A stretch of 64,000 nt of DNA from contig CAVSHR010000011.1 of assembly GCA_963727625.1 (NCBI GenBank), forward strand, positions 224,001 through 288,000. Direction: 5' to 3'. Below the pieces are notes generated by a model. The model did not search any database. It was not told the DNA's origin and saw only the letters and a list, made by a program, of their open reading frames with translations. This document shows, in pieces, positions 50,915 to 61,395 of the stretch; the first letter of the stretch is position 1; every line of letters starts with the position of its first letter. The translations under genes and the position numbers were made by a program. This stretch comes from an uncultured delta proteobacterium (GTDB taxonomy: Bacteria > Desulfobacterota > Binatia > UBA9968).

Positions 50915-51005
50915 CCGAACCGTCTTTGCGGTGCACCAGAACAAAAACGACTGCATTTGCGATTTTCGCCGCAGGGTCGGTGGGTGAAAGCTGTCGGATA
51001 TTGGC

Positions 51006-51935
51006 ATGGCCTTGAATGACGCGGTGCAGACCAAACCTGGGTTGCCGCGGCCGGATCTATCGGTCGTCATTCCCTCGGTGAACGGCTGGAGCGATCTTGA
51101 GGGATGCTTGCAGGCTTTGGCCTGCCAATCGGGAGCGATCGCCATCGAAGTGCTTGTGGCCGACCGGGTAGGGGAGTCGGTGCGTGGGCCTCTCCGCGAA
51201 AAGTATGCCGATGCGCGCATACTCGAGACCGTCCCGGAAATGAGCATCCCGGCGCTCCGAGCTCTGGCCTTCACCGAAGCGCGGGCGGAAATCGTCGGCG
51301 TCATTGAAGACCACGTTATCGTGGCGCCTGATTGGGCCGAGCGCATGCTTGCCGCGCATCGCGAAGGAGCTCAGGTGGTGGGAGGATCGGTTGACAATGC
51401 AGCGCGGGAGCGGCTCGTCGACTGGGCGGCATTTCTCTGCGAATACAGCCACTGCTTGGCGCCGCCGGTCGGTTCCGCGGAGTGGCTCACCGGCAATAAC
51501 GTAACCTACCGCCGGAGTTTACTTGAGCAGTTCAAAGACGTTGTTAGCCAGGAGCACTGGGAAGACCGGCTTCACGATGCCATTCGTCGCACGGGCGTTG
51601 TTCTCGAGAGCCGGCCCGACATACGGGTGGGGCACAAAAAGCACTACAAGGCTGGCGAATACCTGCACCAGCGTTATCTCTATGCTCGCTCGCACGCCGG
51701 AATGAAGGGCGCGCGCGCCGGTCAAATCCAAAGTTTGGCGTGCGGATTCGCCGCGTTGGCGCTGCCACCGCTTCTCTTATTTCGCACCGTGGCTCGGGTG
51801 TTGAGGGCCCGCCGTTACCGCACTGAGCTTATCAGAACCTTTCCGTTGTTGGCCCTGTTCGTGGTGTCGTGGGCCTTTGGTGAAGCGGTGGGATATTGGC
51901 GCGGGCCCGGCGACGCCTTGAGAAAGGTTCGTTAA
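51006..51935 (+). CDS. GT2-like glycosyltransferase, paralog D (EDH type)
   Basis: LSVVIPS, GVIEDHV, VGGSVDN..VDWAAFLCEY, LTGNN, SWAFGEAVGY. Confidence 0.85.
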   Translation: MALNDAVQTKPGLPRPDLSVVIPSVNGWSDLEGCLQALACQSGAIAIEVLVADRVGESVRGPLREKYADARILETVPEMSIPALRALAFTEARAEIVGVIEDHVIVAPDWAERMLAAHREGAQVVGGSVDNAARERLVDWAAFLCEYSHCLAPPVGSAEWLTGNNVTYRRSLLEQFKDVVSQEHWEDRLHDAIRRTGVVLESRPDIRVGHKKHYKAGEYLHQRYLYARSHAGMKGARAGQIQSLACGFAALALPPLLLFRTVARVLRARRYRTELIRTFPLLALFVVSWAFGEAVGYWRGPGDALRKVR

Positions 51936-52009
51936 GGCGGCGGAGCCTCCAACTCTTTTATTTTACGGCTTGTGGCGCCATACCTGCAGGTGACGGGTGG
52001 AAATTAAAT

Positions 52010-53182
52010 ATGCACATCGGCATTGATGCCACCTGTTGGAGCAACGGGCGCGGTTACGGCCGCCATGCCCGTGCGTTGCTGAGCTCGCTGGTCCACCTTG
52101 ACCGCTACAATCAATACACCCTCGTACTCGACTCGCAGGAGAAAGTCGAAGATCTTCCTCGCAATGCCGAGGTGCGTTTCGTGCCGGCTTCGGTGCCGAC
52201 GGTGCTGGCCGCCTCTGCCGAGGGACGCCGGTCGTTGGGCGACATGTGGGCAATGAGCCGGGCCTTGTCCGATCGCAAATTCGACGCGCTGTTGTTTCCC
52301 ACGGCCTACAGCTTTGTTCCCGTCCTCAGCCGGGCTAAGAAAATTGTCATGATCCATGATGTGATCGCCGAAAAGTTTCCCGCCCTCACGGTCCCGCGTG
52401 CGCGCGCGCGATTGTTTTGGAAAATCAAGATGGCGCTGGCCCGGTGGCAGGCTCACGCGATTGTCACCGTTTCGGATTATTCCCGCACGGCTATTTTACA
52501 ACATTTCGGTTTGGCGCCGGAGCGTGTTTTCATAGTCGGCGAGGCCAGTGATCCGGTGTTTCGTGTGAGCGACAAGCCGGAACCGACATCGCATCTCCAG
52601 TCCCTCGGCATTGCCAATTCCCGCCGCTCGATTGTATATGTCGGCGGTTTTAGCCCGCATAAGAATTTGCAGGCGTTGGTGAACGCATTCGCATCGCTGG
52701 CCGCTCTCAGCGAGTTTGCCGATGTTCGCCTGGTTTTGGTCGGGGAATATCGCAAGGAGGTGTTTCACAGCTACTTTGATTCGGTGCGAGAGCGAATCGA
52801 TCGACTGGGCATCGCCGATCGAGTCGTGCTTACAGGTTTTCTGGAGGATCCCGACCTGGTCGTTCTGCTAAACCTGGCAACCGTCCTGGTGCTGCCGTCA
52901 TTTATGGAGGGTTTCGGGCTGCCGGCGATCGAAGCGGCAGCGTGCGGCTGTCCGGTCATCGCGACCAGGGAAAGTCCGCTGCCCGAGCTGTTGGGCGATG
53001 GGGCCCTCTACGTTGATCCCGCCAATCCGGACGAATTACGCCTGGCTCTCGCACGCGTGCTGGAGTCGAGTGAATTGCGCGCGCGCATGCGTATCGCCGG
53101 GATCGCGGCGGCGCGGCGGCTTACCTGGGAAATGGCGGCAAACCAGATGATCGCGGTAATACGAACAGCGGCGGGGCAATGA
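52010..53182 (+). CDS. GT4 glycosyltransferase
   Basis: IGIDA, RGYGRH, MIHDVI, HKN, EGFGLPAIEAAACGCPV. Confidence 0.92.
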   Translation: MHIGIDATCWSNGRGYGRHARALLSSLVHLDRYNQYTLVLDSQEKVEDLPRNAEVRFVPASVPTVLAASAEGRRSLGDMWAMSRALSDRKFDALLFPTAYSFVPVLSRAKKIVMIHDVIAEKFPALTVPRARARLFWKIKMALARWQAHAIVTVSDYSRTAILQHFGLAPERVFIVGEASDPVFRVSDKPEPTSHLQSLGIANSRRSIVYVGGFSPHKNLQALVNAFASLAALSEFADVRLVLVGEYRKEVFHSYFDSVRERIDRLGIADRVVLTGFLEDPDLVVLLNLATVLVLPSFMEGFGLPAIEAAACGCPVIATRESPLPELLGDGALYVDPANPDELRLALARVLESSELRARMRIAGIAAARRLTWEMAANQMIAVIRTAAGQ

Positions 53183-54492
53183 GCCGTCCTCTAAAATTCC
53201 TGCATCTGACAACCTTCTACCCGCCTTACAGCTTCGGCGGTGATGGCATGTATATTTACCGCCTGGCCCATGCACTGGGCGATGATGGCCACGATGTCGA
53301 TGTCGTCCATTGTCGGGACGCGTATCATTTGTTGCATCCGCGAGAGCCGGAAATTGACTTCGCCGAGCATCCCAAGGTGACTGTTCATGGTCTGAGCAGC
53401 GGTTACAAACAGCTTTCGCCGTTGGTGACTCACCAAAGCGGGCGGCTGGGTCTCAAACGGCATCGGATCCGTGAAATCCTCAGCAGTAAAAATTACGACG
53501 TCATTCAATTCCACAATATTTCCCTGATTGGCCCGGAGGCTTTAACTCTCGCGTCCCGGCAAGAACAGGCCATTAGCTTGTACATGACTCACGAGCATTG
53601 GCTGATCTGTCCGACCCATGTCTTGTGGAAGTTTAATAATCGTCCGTGCGAAAGGCCGCAATGCTTTCGGTGTACTTTGTCTTATAAGAGGCCGCCGCAG
53701 CTCTGGCGCTACTCGGGTCTGCTCAAAAGAGCCAGCGCTCATGTCGACCAATTCATCGCTCCGAGCCGCTTTACTGCAAACATCCATGCGGAGCGGGGAT
53801 TTAACCGGCCGTTTACGCGACTGCCGCAGTTCGTCGAGCAGGCGGATCACGACTGGATGCACCCGGCTCCAGCTCCGCAACGCAGGCCGTATTTTCTATT
53901 CGTCGGACGTTTGGAAATCATCAAAGGGCTCCAAACGGTGATTAAACTATGGACCGAGGCGCCTACCCGCATGCCTGATGTTGATCTTTTGATTGCCGGT
54001 AACGGCAGTTACGAGGCCGAGTTGCGCGCGATGGCAGGAGCGAAAGCAAACATCAGATTTCTCGGCGCTCTGGCGCAGAAAGAGCTGGGAAATTTCTACC
54101 ACCATGCGTTGGCCTGTATCGTGCCGTCAATTACTTATGAAACGTTCGGGCTGGTCATCATCGAGGCGTTCGCGCGTAAAACCCCGGTCATCGTGCGCAA
54201 GCTAGGCGCGCTGCCGGAACTCGTGGAAGATAGCGGTGGGGGAATCGTTTACCGGAGCGAGGAAGAACTGATCTCGGCTTTGAACCGTATGGCTGCTTCA
54301 CCAGAACTCCGAGCCGATTTGGCTGAGAATGGCTATCGCGCCTTCGTGCAGAAATGGTCAAAATCCGCTCATCTGAAACGCTACTTTGGACTTTTACGAC
54401 AGGTCGCCGCTCGGAAGTTCGGATATGTTCCATGGGAAAACGAATCCCCTGATAGATCCCCGATTTCCAAAAATCCTTCGGCATGCCCATAG
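53179..54492 (+). CDS. GT4 glycosyltransferase with a Cys-containing insert
   Basis: TFYPPYSFGGDG, THEHWLICP..C...CFRC, GRL..KG, ETFGLVIIEAFA. Confidence 0.9.
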   Translation: MSRPLKFLHLTTFYPPYSFGGDGMYIYRLAHALGDDGHDVDVVHCRDAYHLLHPREPEIDFAEHPKVTVHGLSSGYKQLSPLVTHQSGRLGLKRHRIREILSSKNYDVIQFHNISLIGPEALTLASRQEQAISLYMTHEHWLICPTHVLWKFNNRPCERPQCFRCTLSYKRPPQLWRYSGLLKRASAHVDQFIAPSRFTANIHAERGFNRPFTRLPQFVEQADHDWMHPAPAPQRRPYFLFVGRLEIIKGLQTVIKLWTEAPTRMPDVDLLIAGNGSYEAELRAMAGAKANIRFLGALAQKELGNFYHHALACIVPSITYETFGLVIIEAFARKTPVIVRKLGALPELVEDSGGGIVYRSEEELISALNRMAASPELRADLAENGYRAFVQKWSKSAHLKRYFGLLRQVAARKFGYVPWENESPDRSPISKNPSACP

Positions 54493-54945
54493 ATTGACAG
54501 CGCGCTCGATTTCCACCGATCAATATAGTGTATCCCTCGCGAGCCTGGAGCGGGCCTTGCCAATGGAACGCCTCAACCCGTCGATAGACACACACCGTGG
54601 CGGTAAAAGAAAGTGCTCATGGTGGTGTTTCACGCGATTCTCCTCATCTGGATCTGGCGGCGGGTGATCGAGGTCGATTGCAACTTCTCGGTCTTGCGCG
54701 CTGGGGGCGGAGAGCTCTGGGTCTTCACAGTTATTTGAATGTCGATATCGAGCCGCTCGATGGCGTCAGTGGCACCACCATCGGAGCCTCAAGCAAGCCC
54801 GACGCGATTGAGCCGCGGAATGAATCAGTAAGAATATCAGCCTATTATAAATGTTCACCGGCAAGAACGGTGGGTCGAGCGGGCAATTTTGTGGGGCAGC
54901 CTGAACCAAAATTGTCGGGTTTTCGGTTCGCTTGAGAGCGTCCCG

Positions 54946-54961
54946 TGGCACAACGGTTGCG
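54946..54961 (+). promoter_or_regulatory. Sigma-54 promoter upstream of the exosortase operon
   Basis: TGGCACAACGGTTGCG is a perfect TGGCAC-N5-TTGC match. Confidence 0.8.
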
Positions 54962-55226
54962 TAAGACAGATGCCAGCGATTTAAAGCGCCGTAACCCTTG
55001 CCTTTTCGGTCACTCAAACAGGGAATTGTTGCGATGAGGCTTGACGCGGGAGATGGAGTGGCACCAAAGCCTGATTCCACGTATATCGTCCCGCGAACCC
55101 GAAATCGGCAGTTTGAAGAAAATATGAACGGCAACATGCGCATATTGGATCTGGCACGCTTTTTCGAACCTGGAAAAACTCCTCCGGTGTACCGCGGCAT
55201 TTGCTGGTAAACTCTTTCTCTCAACC

Positions 55227-56811
55227 ATGACTGTTAACGCGATCAATTCTCGCTGGATCGGTTGGCGATTTCGCCAGCTGTTTAATCTCCGAGCGGCCCA
55301 GTGGTTCGGGGTGGCGTTGCTGTTTGGGTTGTTTTACGGGCGCCTTGTTCCAGGGTTGGTCCTGGATTGGTACGAGCACGAGACTTTCTCGTACGGATTT
55401 CTGGTTCCGTTTATCGCCGGCTATTTGATCTGGCAGAGCCGGGATCGACTCAAATCAATTTCCGTGACCCCGTCTCTCTGGGCCGCTGTCCCTTTGCTGA
55501 TCGCAGTTGTTTGGGTCTTATCGGGCAGACCATCGGCGAGCTGTTTTCCATGCGCCTGTCAATGATTTTGGCGCTGGCGAGTACGGTCTATTTGCTGCTG
55601 GGTACAGAATATTTCAAAGTTCTCTGGTTCCCGCTTTTTTATTTGCTGTTGATGATCCCGGCTCCCTACACCGTCCTGATCAAGGACCTGACGGGCGGTC
55701 ATCTGCGCTATATGAATGATTCCAAGCATGCGGCAACTATTCTCCAGCTGCTCGGTGTCCCGGTATTAGTAGAGGCTTATTTCATTCACATTCCCAACAT
55801 GACCCTGGAGGTTGCCGACGTTTGCAGCGGCGTATCTTCGGTGTTCGCATTATTTGCGTTGGGCACGGTCAACGCCTATTTCCTGCCAACAAGGAATAGT
55901 ACTCAAGGTCTTGCTGGTGGCGTGCACTTTCCCTTTTGCCATGATCGCCAATTTGATTCGCATCGTCGTGATCGCGGTGCTGGCTTATAACCTTGGCGCG
56001 ATTGTTTTTCAGTCGACTTTCCACTGGCTCACCGGTACGACTATTTTTACGTTGGCATTGATCATGCTTATTTCATCCGGCGAGTTTCTTCGGCGAAATT
56101 TTCCTGTGACCTCTGCGCGGAGCTCAGGTTCAACGGAGAGCCCCGGGGATGTGGTCACCAATGAGGGTGAGAGTTCCCTAGCCATATGGATGTCTGGTTC
56201 TGTCTGTCTAATCATTTTTGCCGCCGGACTATTTTTCGCAGAATTCCATCGGCAATGTTCGACGGATAAATCTTGCCGGTCAACTGGGGGCGCTCGCGAA
56301 CCTCGGGGGCTACACGGTCAGTGAAACGCGCTCCCCGGACACTTATCGAGACCCGGCTGCCGATGCGAAACTATCGGTCGTTGTTACGGATCGCGATAAC
56401 AATACTTCGGAAGTGTTTGTCGGATATGCGCGGAGCAAACCGCCGCTGTGCGGTTACAATCGCCGCAACTTGTTTTTCCGGAAAATTGGAATTGAGTATG
56501 GTTCAAGCCCGCGGACATCGAGGTCACCGGTAACGGCGCAATCCGCGGCAACTGGAGTCTTGACTCGCAAGGGCGATTCCATGCGGCTGGTTTTATATTG
56601 GTATCAAATTAACAAGAGCGCCTTCGCAGGAGAGTTTGAATACCGACTACGCCAGTTGAAAAGAGCGCTGCTCGAGCGCCGCAGCGACGGCGCTGTTGTC
56701 CGGCTCGCGACACCGGTCAAGGCTGGAGAACCCATTGAGACTGCACAAGCACGTCTCCGCGCGCTCGGCGGCGCTTTGTATCCAAAGCTGGTGAAGGTGT
56801 TACCGAAATGA
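55227..56811 (+). CDS. Exosortase (EpsH) fused to an EpsI domain, split by several frameshifts
   Basis: Pieces: W..FSYGFLVP...YLIW (55227 frame), FPL.YLLLMIP..LEVADVCSG (55301 frame), ANLIRI and FHWLTG (55812 frame), and EpsI VFVGY..VLYWYQ..RSDGAVVRL (56218 frame). The Cys/Arg/His triad is present. Shifts near 55510, 55900 and 56236, and probably a compensating pair within 56445-56565. Confidence 0.85.
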
Positions 56812-56821
56812 AGATAGAAGT

Positions 56822-56919
56822 GCGATCAGCGATCAGCCGTCAGCTTTCAGCCCCAATTGTTTTAAGGCTGACTGCTGACCGCTGAGCTGCTGACTGCGCT
56901 AAAAGATGCTGACCGCTGA
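56822..56919. repeat. Inverted heptamer arrays (NNTCAGC x4 and GCTGACN x4-6)
   Basis: GATCAGC GATCAGC CGTCAGC TTTCAGC ... GCTGACT GCTGACC GCTGAGCT GCTGACT. Confidence 0.8.
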
Positions 56920-57866
56920 TGGCTACCCACTACCTCATTACCGGCGGAGCCGGCTTTATCGGTTCTCACATCGTCAGACGCTTGGTCGCCGATGGAGAGC
57001 AGGTCCGTGTGGTGGATAACCTCTCAACCGGCGACATCAAACGGCTGGACGGCGTGCTTTCGTCGATTGAATTCATCGACGGCGACTTGGCCGATGAGAC
57101 GATCGCTCGGCAGGCGGTGGACGGCGTCGATCATGTGCTTCATCAGGCGGCTATGCCGTCCGTGCAGCGCTCGGTGGTCGATCCGGTCGGGACAAATAGG
57201 GCCAATGTCACGGCAACCGTCAATCTTCTCGAAGCCTGCCGCAAGGCCCAAGTGCAAAGGTTCGTTTACGCCGCGTCCTCGTCTGCTTACGGCGATACCG
57301 AGGTTCTTCCCAAACACGAGGATATGGTGCCGAATCCACTCTCGCCCTACGCATTGCAAAAATTCGTCGGCGAGCGCTACTGCAAGCTCTACCACGACCT
57401 GTACGGCTTGGAGACCGTCAGCCTGCGCTATTTCAATGTCTTCGGCCCGGGCCAGGACCCTCATTCCGAGTATTCCGCGGTCATACCGAAATTCATTACC
57501 AAGTTGCTCGCAAACCAGCCGGTCACCATCCACGGTGACGGCGAGCAGTCGCGCGACTTCACGTTTATCGACAATGTCGTCGAGGCCAATCTGCTAGCCG
57601 TCAAGGCGCCCGGCGCGGCTGGCAAAACGTGCAATATCGGCTGCGGCGAGCGCATCACGCTCAATCGTTTAGTTGCGCTCCTGGAAAAACAACTCGGCGT
57701 CAAAGCGCAGGTGAGCCATGGGCCGCCCAAGGCCGGCGACGTGCGCCACTCCTTGGCCGATATCGGCCGGGCAAAAACGATCCTGCGCTACCAGCCCAAG
57801 ATCGGGGTTGAAGAAGGGCTGCGCAGAACGATCGAGGCGATGAAAAAGAATAGGACTGAGCGATGA
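56919..57866 (+). CDS. SDR nucleotide-sugar 4-epimerase (WbpP/TviC-like)
   Basis: [59 protein letters not shown]. Confidence 0.92.
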   Translation: MATHYLITGGAGFIGSHIVRRLVADGEQVRVVDNLSTGDIKRLDGVLSSIEFIDGDLADETIARQAVDGVDHVLHQAAMPSVQRSVVDPVGTNRANVTATVNLLEACRKAQVQRFVYAASSSAYGDTEVLPKHEDMVPNPLSPYALQKFVGERYCKLYHDLYGLETVSLRYFNVFGPGQDPHSEYSAVIPKFITKLLANQPVTIHGDGEQSRDFTFIDNVVEANLLAVKAPGAAGKTCNIGCGERITLNRLVALLEKQLGVKAQVSHGPPKAGDVRHSLADIGRAKTILRYQPKIGVEEGLRRTIEAMKKNRTER

Positions 57867-58417
57867 GTAAAATTGATCGATTTGGGGAGCTAATTGCGTG
57901 GCAAAAAGCGCGACATCTTGCAAAGGCGGTTTATACCAGTACACGCCGTGATGGGTTTAGTCGAGACTTGGGCCTATCAAACCAAATTCAACGCGCAGCC
58001 GTTTCCATCATGGCCAATATTGCGGAGGGATTTGAGCGGGGTAGGAGAGCAGAATTTCACCAGTTTCTTTCGACGGCGAAAGCTTCGTGCGCAGAAACAG
58101 GTTCTCATCTATATGTCGCCTTAGATATTGGCTATTTGAAACAGGAAGAGTTCGAACGGCTTTTGCGTCAGGCTGAAGAGGTCGGGAGGGTAGTCGGGGG
58201 ACTGCGTTCGGCCGTTCAAAAACAGAAGGACATCCAATTGAATAAATCGAAACGTCTAGGCGAGGTTAGCCTCGTGATTACCCAGTTCTCAGCGCCCATT
58301 CCTGATCACCGGTTTGGCTCAGCCCTCAGTACTCAGCTCTCAGCCCTCAGTCCTCAGTACGCAGCACGCAGTCCTCGGCACTCAGTCCTCAGTCCTTTGA
58401 AAGTGGAGGCTCAATGA
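57863..58417 (+). CDS. Four-helix-bundle protein (23S rRNA IVP/TIGR02436 family), C-terminus extended through a heptamer array
   Basis: [34 protein letters not shown]. Confidence 0.9.
   Translation: MSKIDRFGELIAWQKARHLAKAVYTSTRRDGFSRDLGLSNQIQRAAVSIMANIAEGFERGRRAEFHQFLSTAKASCAETGSHLYVALDIGYLKQEEFERLLRQAEEVGRVVGGLRSAVQKQKDIQLNKSKRLGEVSLVITQFSAPIPDHRFGSALSTQLSALSPQYAARSPRHSVLSPLKVEAQ
58318..58394 (+). repeat. Tandem heptamer array, 11 x CTCAGNN
   Basis: CTCAGCC CTCAGTA CTCAGCT CTCAGCC CTCAGTC CTCAGTA CGCAGCA CGCAGTC CTCGGCA CTCAGTC CTCAGTC. Confidence 0.92.
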
Positions 58418-60606
58418 AACGAATAGTTCTTAGCGTAGGTTTAATCGCCATCCTAGGCGGCGGTGGTTTATACGCCTACAGCAAACTTGGCGGCTCGCCA
58501 GAGGCCAAGCGCGATCGGGCGCTTAAGAAGGCTCAGGAGTACCTGGCGCAAGCCAAAGTCAACGAAGCGGTCATCGAATATAAGAACGCGTTGAGCGCCG
58601 ACCCGCGCTCGGCGGAAGCCCATTATGAATTCGGCATGGCATTGCTCAAGCAGGGCGATGGCCGGGCGGGCTATCGGGAATTGGTTCGAGCGACCGACCT
58701 GAAGCCCGACTTTATCAAGGCGCGCTACCAGGTGGCATTGATCCATGCGGTCAATAAGGACATAAAACGCGCCAACGAAGAGCTGGAAAAAATCCGTCAA
58801 CAAGACAAAGACGCCAAGGAGGCCCATTACCTGGCGGCGCAGATCGCCATGGCGGAAAAGCAGCCGGACAGCGCGTTGAAAGAGCTCGAAGCGGCGCTCA
58901 ACAAAGATCCGAATCAGGCGGCGATTTACCTCGATATCGGCCAGGTGCACGCGGCCAAAAAAGATTTCTCTGCCGCCGAAGCCGCGTTTCGCAAGGCGTT
59001 GGAGATCGACCCCAAGTTTTACCGCGCGCGAATAGCGCTCGCGCAACTTTACGCCGCCACCGGAAAGCAGGATCAAGCCGAGCAAGAATTATTGCTCGCG
59101 ACCAAGGCCGATCCGGAGAACGAAGCGCTGCTTCACGTTTTGGGCAGCTTTTACGCGCGCACACGGCGCTTCGATGAGGTCGAAAAACTCTACCAGAATT
59201 TGCTTAAGAAAAAGCCGGATTCTCTCATCGCCAAGAAGCGCCTGGTGGAGATTTATTTCGTCAAGAACGACCGCAAGCAGGCGCAACAACTTATCGACGA
59301 AATTCTCAAGGCAAAGCCCAATGACAACGATGGCCTGTTTTTTCGCGGCCGGCTCAGGTTAGCGGAGAACGATGCGAAGAAGGCTGCCGAAGATCTGTCC
59401 AAAGTTACCAGCAATGCGCCCAAGTTCGCGCCGGGTTTCTATTTTCTTGGTCAGGCGCAACTTCGGCAAAACGACGTCGTTAATGCAAAGAAGGCGATCG
59501 TCAAAGCCACCGAATTGGCGCCGAACTGGATCGAGCCCAAGGTCACCCTGGCGCAACTCCATCTGGCTTCGGGGGACAGTGATCTGGCCGCCGACGAGGT
59601 TGAAAAGGTCTTGAAGGCGCAGCCCAATAATGAAACTGCGCTGTTGATCAAGGGCGCGGTCGCCCTGAAGAAAAGAGAAAACGATCAGGCGTTAGCCGCC
59701 TTTCAGCAGGCGCAGAAAGTCAATCCAAAAAATCCCGCGGCGCATATCAATATAGCAGCGGTGTACGTCGTAAAGAAGAAATTGCCCGAGGCGCTAAAGG
59801 AATACGAGCAGGCGTTGGCGCTCAATCCCGACCGCGTCGACGCGCTCACTTCCATGGCTCAGGTTTATCTCCTGCAGGGCAATCCCAAGGGGGCCGTTCA
59901 ACGTATCGAACAGCAGCTCGGCAAGACTAAAAAACAACCGGAGGTATATCAGCTGCTTGGCCAGCTGAGCATCCGCACGAAGGAGTACGCCAAGGGCGTT
60001 GAGTATCTGGAGAAAGCGATCAACCTGAAGCCCGAGCTTACCTCGGCGTATTTCTTAATCGGCAACGCCTACGCCGCCCAGAAAAAATTCGACAGCGCCA
60101 TCGAGCAGTACGAAAAAGTCAGCAAGAAAAATCCCAAAGCGATCCAGCCGCTGATGATGGTCGGGATCCTCTACGACATGCAAAAGCAGCCGCAGAAAGC
60201 CAACGGCTATTATCAAAAAGTGCTGGATCTTAGGAGTAACTTCGCGCCCGCGGCCAACAACCTCGCCTATAATTACGCCCAGCACGGCGGTAACCTCGAC
60301 GTTGCTCTCGGGCTGGCGCAGAAAGCCCGCGAGGCAAATCCTAATGACGCCGGCATCGCCGACACTCTGGGTTGGATTCTTTATAAGAAGGGCACCTACG
60401 CGACCGCGGTTGCCTTGTTGAAAGAAAGCAACGAAAAATTCAAAGGCCAGAACCCGACGGTGCTCTATCACCTGGGCTTAGCCTACGACAAAAGTGGGGA
60501 AGAAAAACTCGCCAAAGAAGCGCTGCAAAAGGCTCTTGCTCTGGGCCGGGCCTTCACGGAAGCAGCCGAGGCGAAAAAGCTGCTCGAGGCGATGGGGGGA
60601 AAGTAG
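58414..60606 (+). CDS. prsT: Long TPR protein, PEP-CTERM system PrsT-like
   Basis: N-terminal anchor, many TPRs (AVIEYKNAL..DP, ANNLAY, IADTLGWILYKKG, YHLG.A), and the PEP-CTERM context. Confidence 0.75.
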   Translation: MKRIVLSVGLIAILGGGGLYAYSKLGGSPEAKRDRALKKAQEYLAQAKVNEAVIEYKNALSADPRSAEAHYEFGMALLKQGDGRAGYRELVRATDLKPDFIKARYQVALIHAVNKDIKRANEELEKIRQQDKDAKEAHYLAAQIAMAEKQPDSALKELEAALNKDPNQAAIYLDIGQVHAAKKDFSAAEAAFRKALEIDPKFYRARIALAQLYAATGKQDQAEQELLLATKADPENEALLHVLGSFYARTRRFDEVEKLYQNLLKKKPDSLIAKKRLVEIYFVKNDRKQAQQLIDEILKAKPNDNDGLFFRGRLRLAENDAKKAAEDLSKVTSNAPKFAPGFYFLGQAQLRQNDVVNAKKAIVKATELAPNWIEPKVTLAQLHLASGDSDLAADEVEKVLKAQPNNETALLIKGAVALKKRENDQALAAFQQAQKVNPKNPAAHINIAAVYVVKKKLPEALKEYEQALALNPDRVDALTSMAQVYLLQGNPKGAVQRIEQQLGKTKKQPEVYQLLGQLSIRTKEYAKGVEYLEKAINLKPELTSAYFLIGNAYAAQKKFDSAIEQYEKVSKKNPKAIQPLMMVGILYDMQKQPQKANGYYQKVLDLRSNFAPAANNLAYNYAQHGGNLDVALGLAQKAREANPNDAGIADTLGWILYKKGTYATAVALLKESNEKFKGQNPTVLYHLGLAYDKSGEEKLAKEALQKALALGRAFTEAAEAKKLLEAMGGK

Positions 60607-60610
60607 GGGG

Positions 60611-60676
60611 ATGCAGCGGTCAGCAGTCAGCGATCAGCGCCAAAATGCCCCAGGACTGAGTCATGAGGACTGAGGG
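60611..60676 (+). repeat. Heptamer units upstream of the second four-helix-bundle gene
   Basis: GCAGC GGTCAGC AGTCAGC GATCAGC ... AGGACTGAG..TGAGGACTGAG. Confidence 0.7.
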
Positions 60677-61096
60677 ATGAGCAAAATCGCTCGGTTTGAG
60701 GATTTGGTCGCTTGGCAGAAGGCGAGGAGTTTAACCGCCGCGGTTTATAGGGCCACACGAAAGGGTGCGTTCAAAGGAGATTTTGGATTAGCCAACCAGA
60801 TACAGCGCGCATCTGTCATGTCGAATATCGCCGAAGGATTTGAGCGAGGCAGGCGAGCAGAGTTTCATCAGTTTCTCTCGACTGCCAAAGCCTCGTGTGC
60901 GGAAACACGCTCTCATCTGTATGTTGCCTTGGACGTCGGTTACTTGGAACAAACAGAGTTCGACCGCTTATTGCAGCAAGCCGAAGAGGTGGGGAGGGTG
61001 GTTGGCGGCCTGCGCGCGGCAGTTCAACGGCAGAGATATAACGACAAACAGAAATCCTCAGCGAATGAACGAGAGCAAGTGAAGAAATCGGTTTGA
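60677..61096 (+). CDS. Four-helix-bundle protein, close paralog of 57863
   Basis: [44 protein letters not shown], roughly three-quarters identical to the first copy by eye. Confidence 0.92.
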   Translation: MSKIARFEDLVAWQKARSLTAAVYRATRKGAFKGDFGLANQIQRASVMSNIAEGFERGRRAEFHQFLSTAKASCAETRSHLYVALDVGYLEQTEFDRLLQQAEEVGRVVGGLRAAVQRQRYNDKQKSSANEREQVKKSV

Positions 61097-61395
61097 CGAA
61101 ATTCTTAATTCTAAGTGCCACAACTAAATCTGACAGTCATGATAAAGTCCTCGTGGTCCAAGAAGCAGCGCAGAGCTGAAGAAAGGAAGCGAGGCGAGAA
61201 GACAACGGCCCAATCTGCGGGGCTTTGAGCTCTGTCTGGCGCCGTTAAAGTCTTGGAATATACGTTCATAAGGACAGGGATCTACAATGAAAAATCAATC
61301 ACTGTCTCAGTGCTTTGTCCCAGCGAGCAGCCCAAGACTAATTGTATTTTGTCTACGCGGAACTGACATCTGCAAATATGTATTCTTCCCGCTGG

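Noticed and set aside
54493-54935. ORFs 54386..54667 and 54597..54935
   Set aside because: No recognisable motif or RBS; the region looks intergenic or regulatory.
55035-55210. Small ORF between the sigma-54 promoter and the exosortase
   Set aside because: The position is plausible, but there is no recognisable family and it cannot be supported from sequence alone.
20851-59085. Long antisense or overlapping ORFs (e.g. 20851..21708, 25657..26553, 33029..33997, 58468..59085)
   Set aside because: These are shadow frames of well-supported genes in GC-rich DNA and carry no motifs.
57863-61096. Diversity-generating retroelement (Avd-like genes)
   Set aside because: No reverse transcriptase and no TR/VR pair with adenine-specific mismatches is visible in the window.
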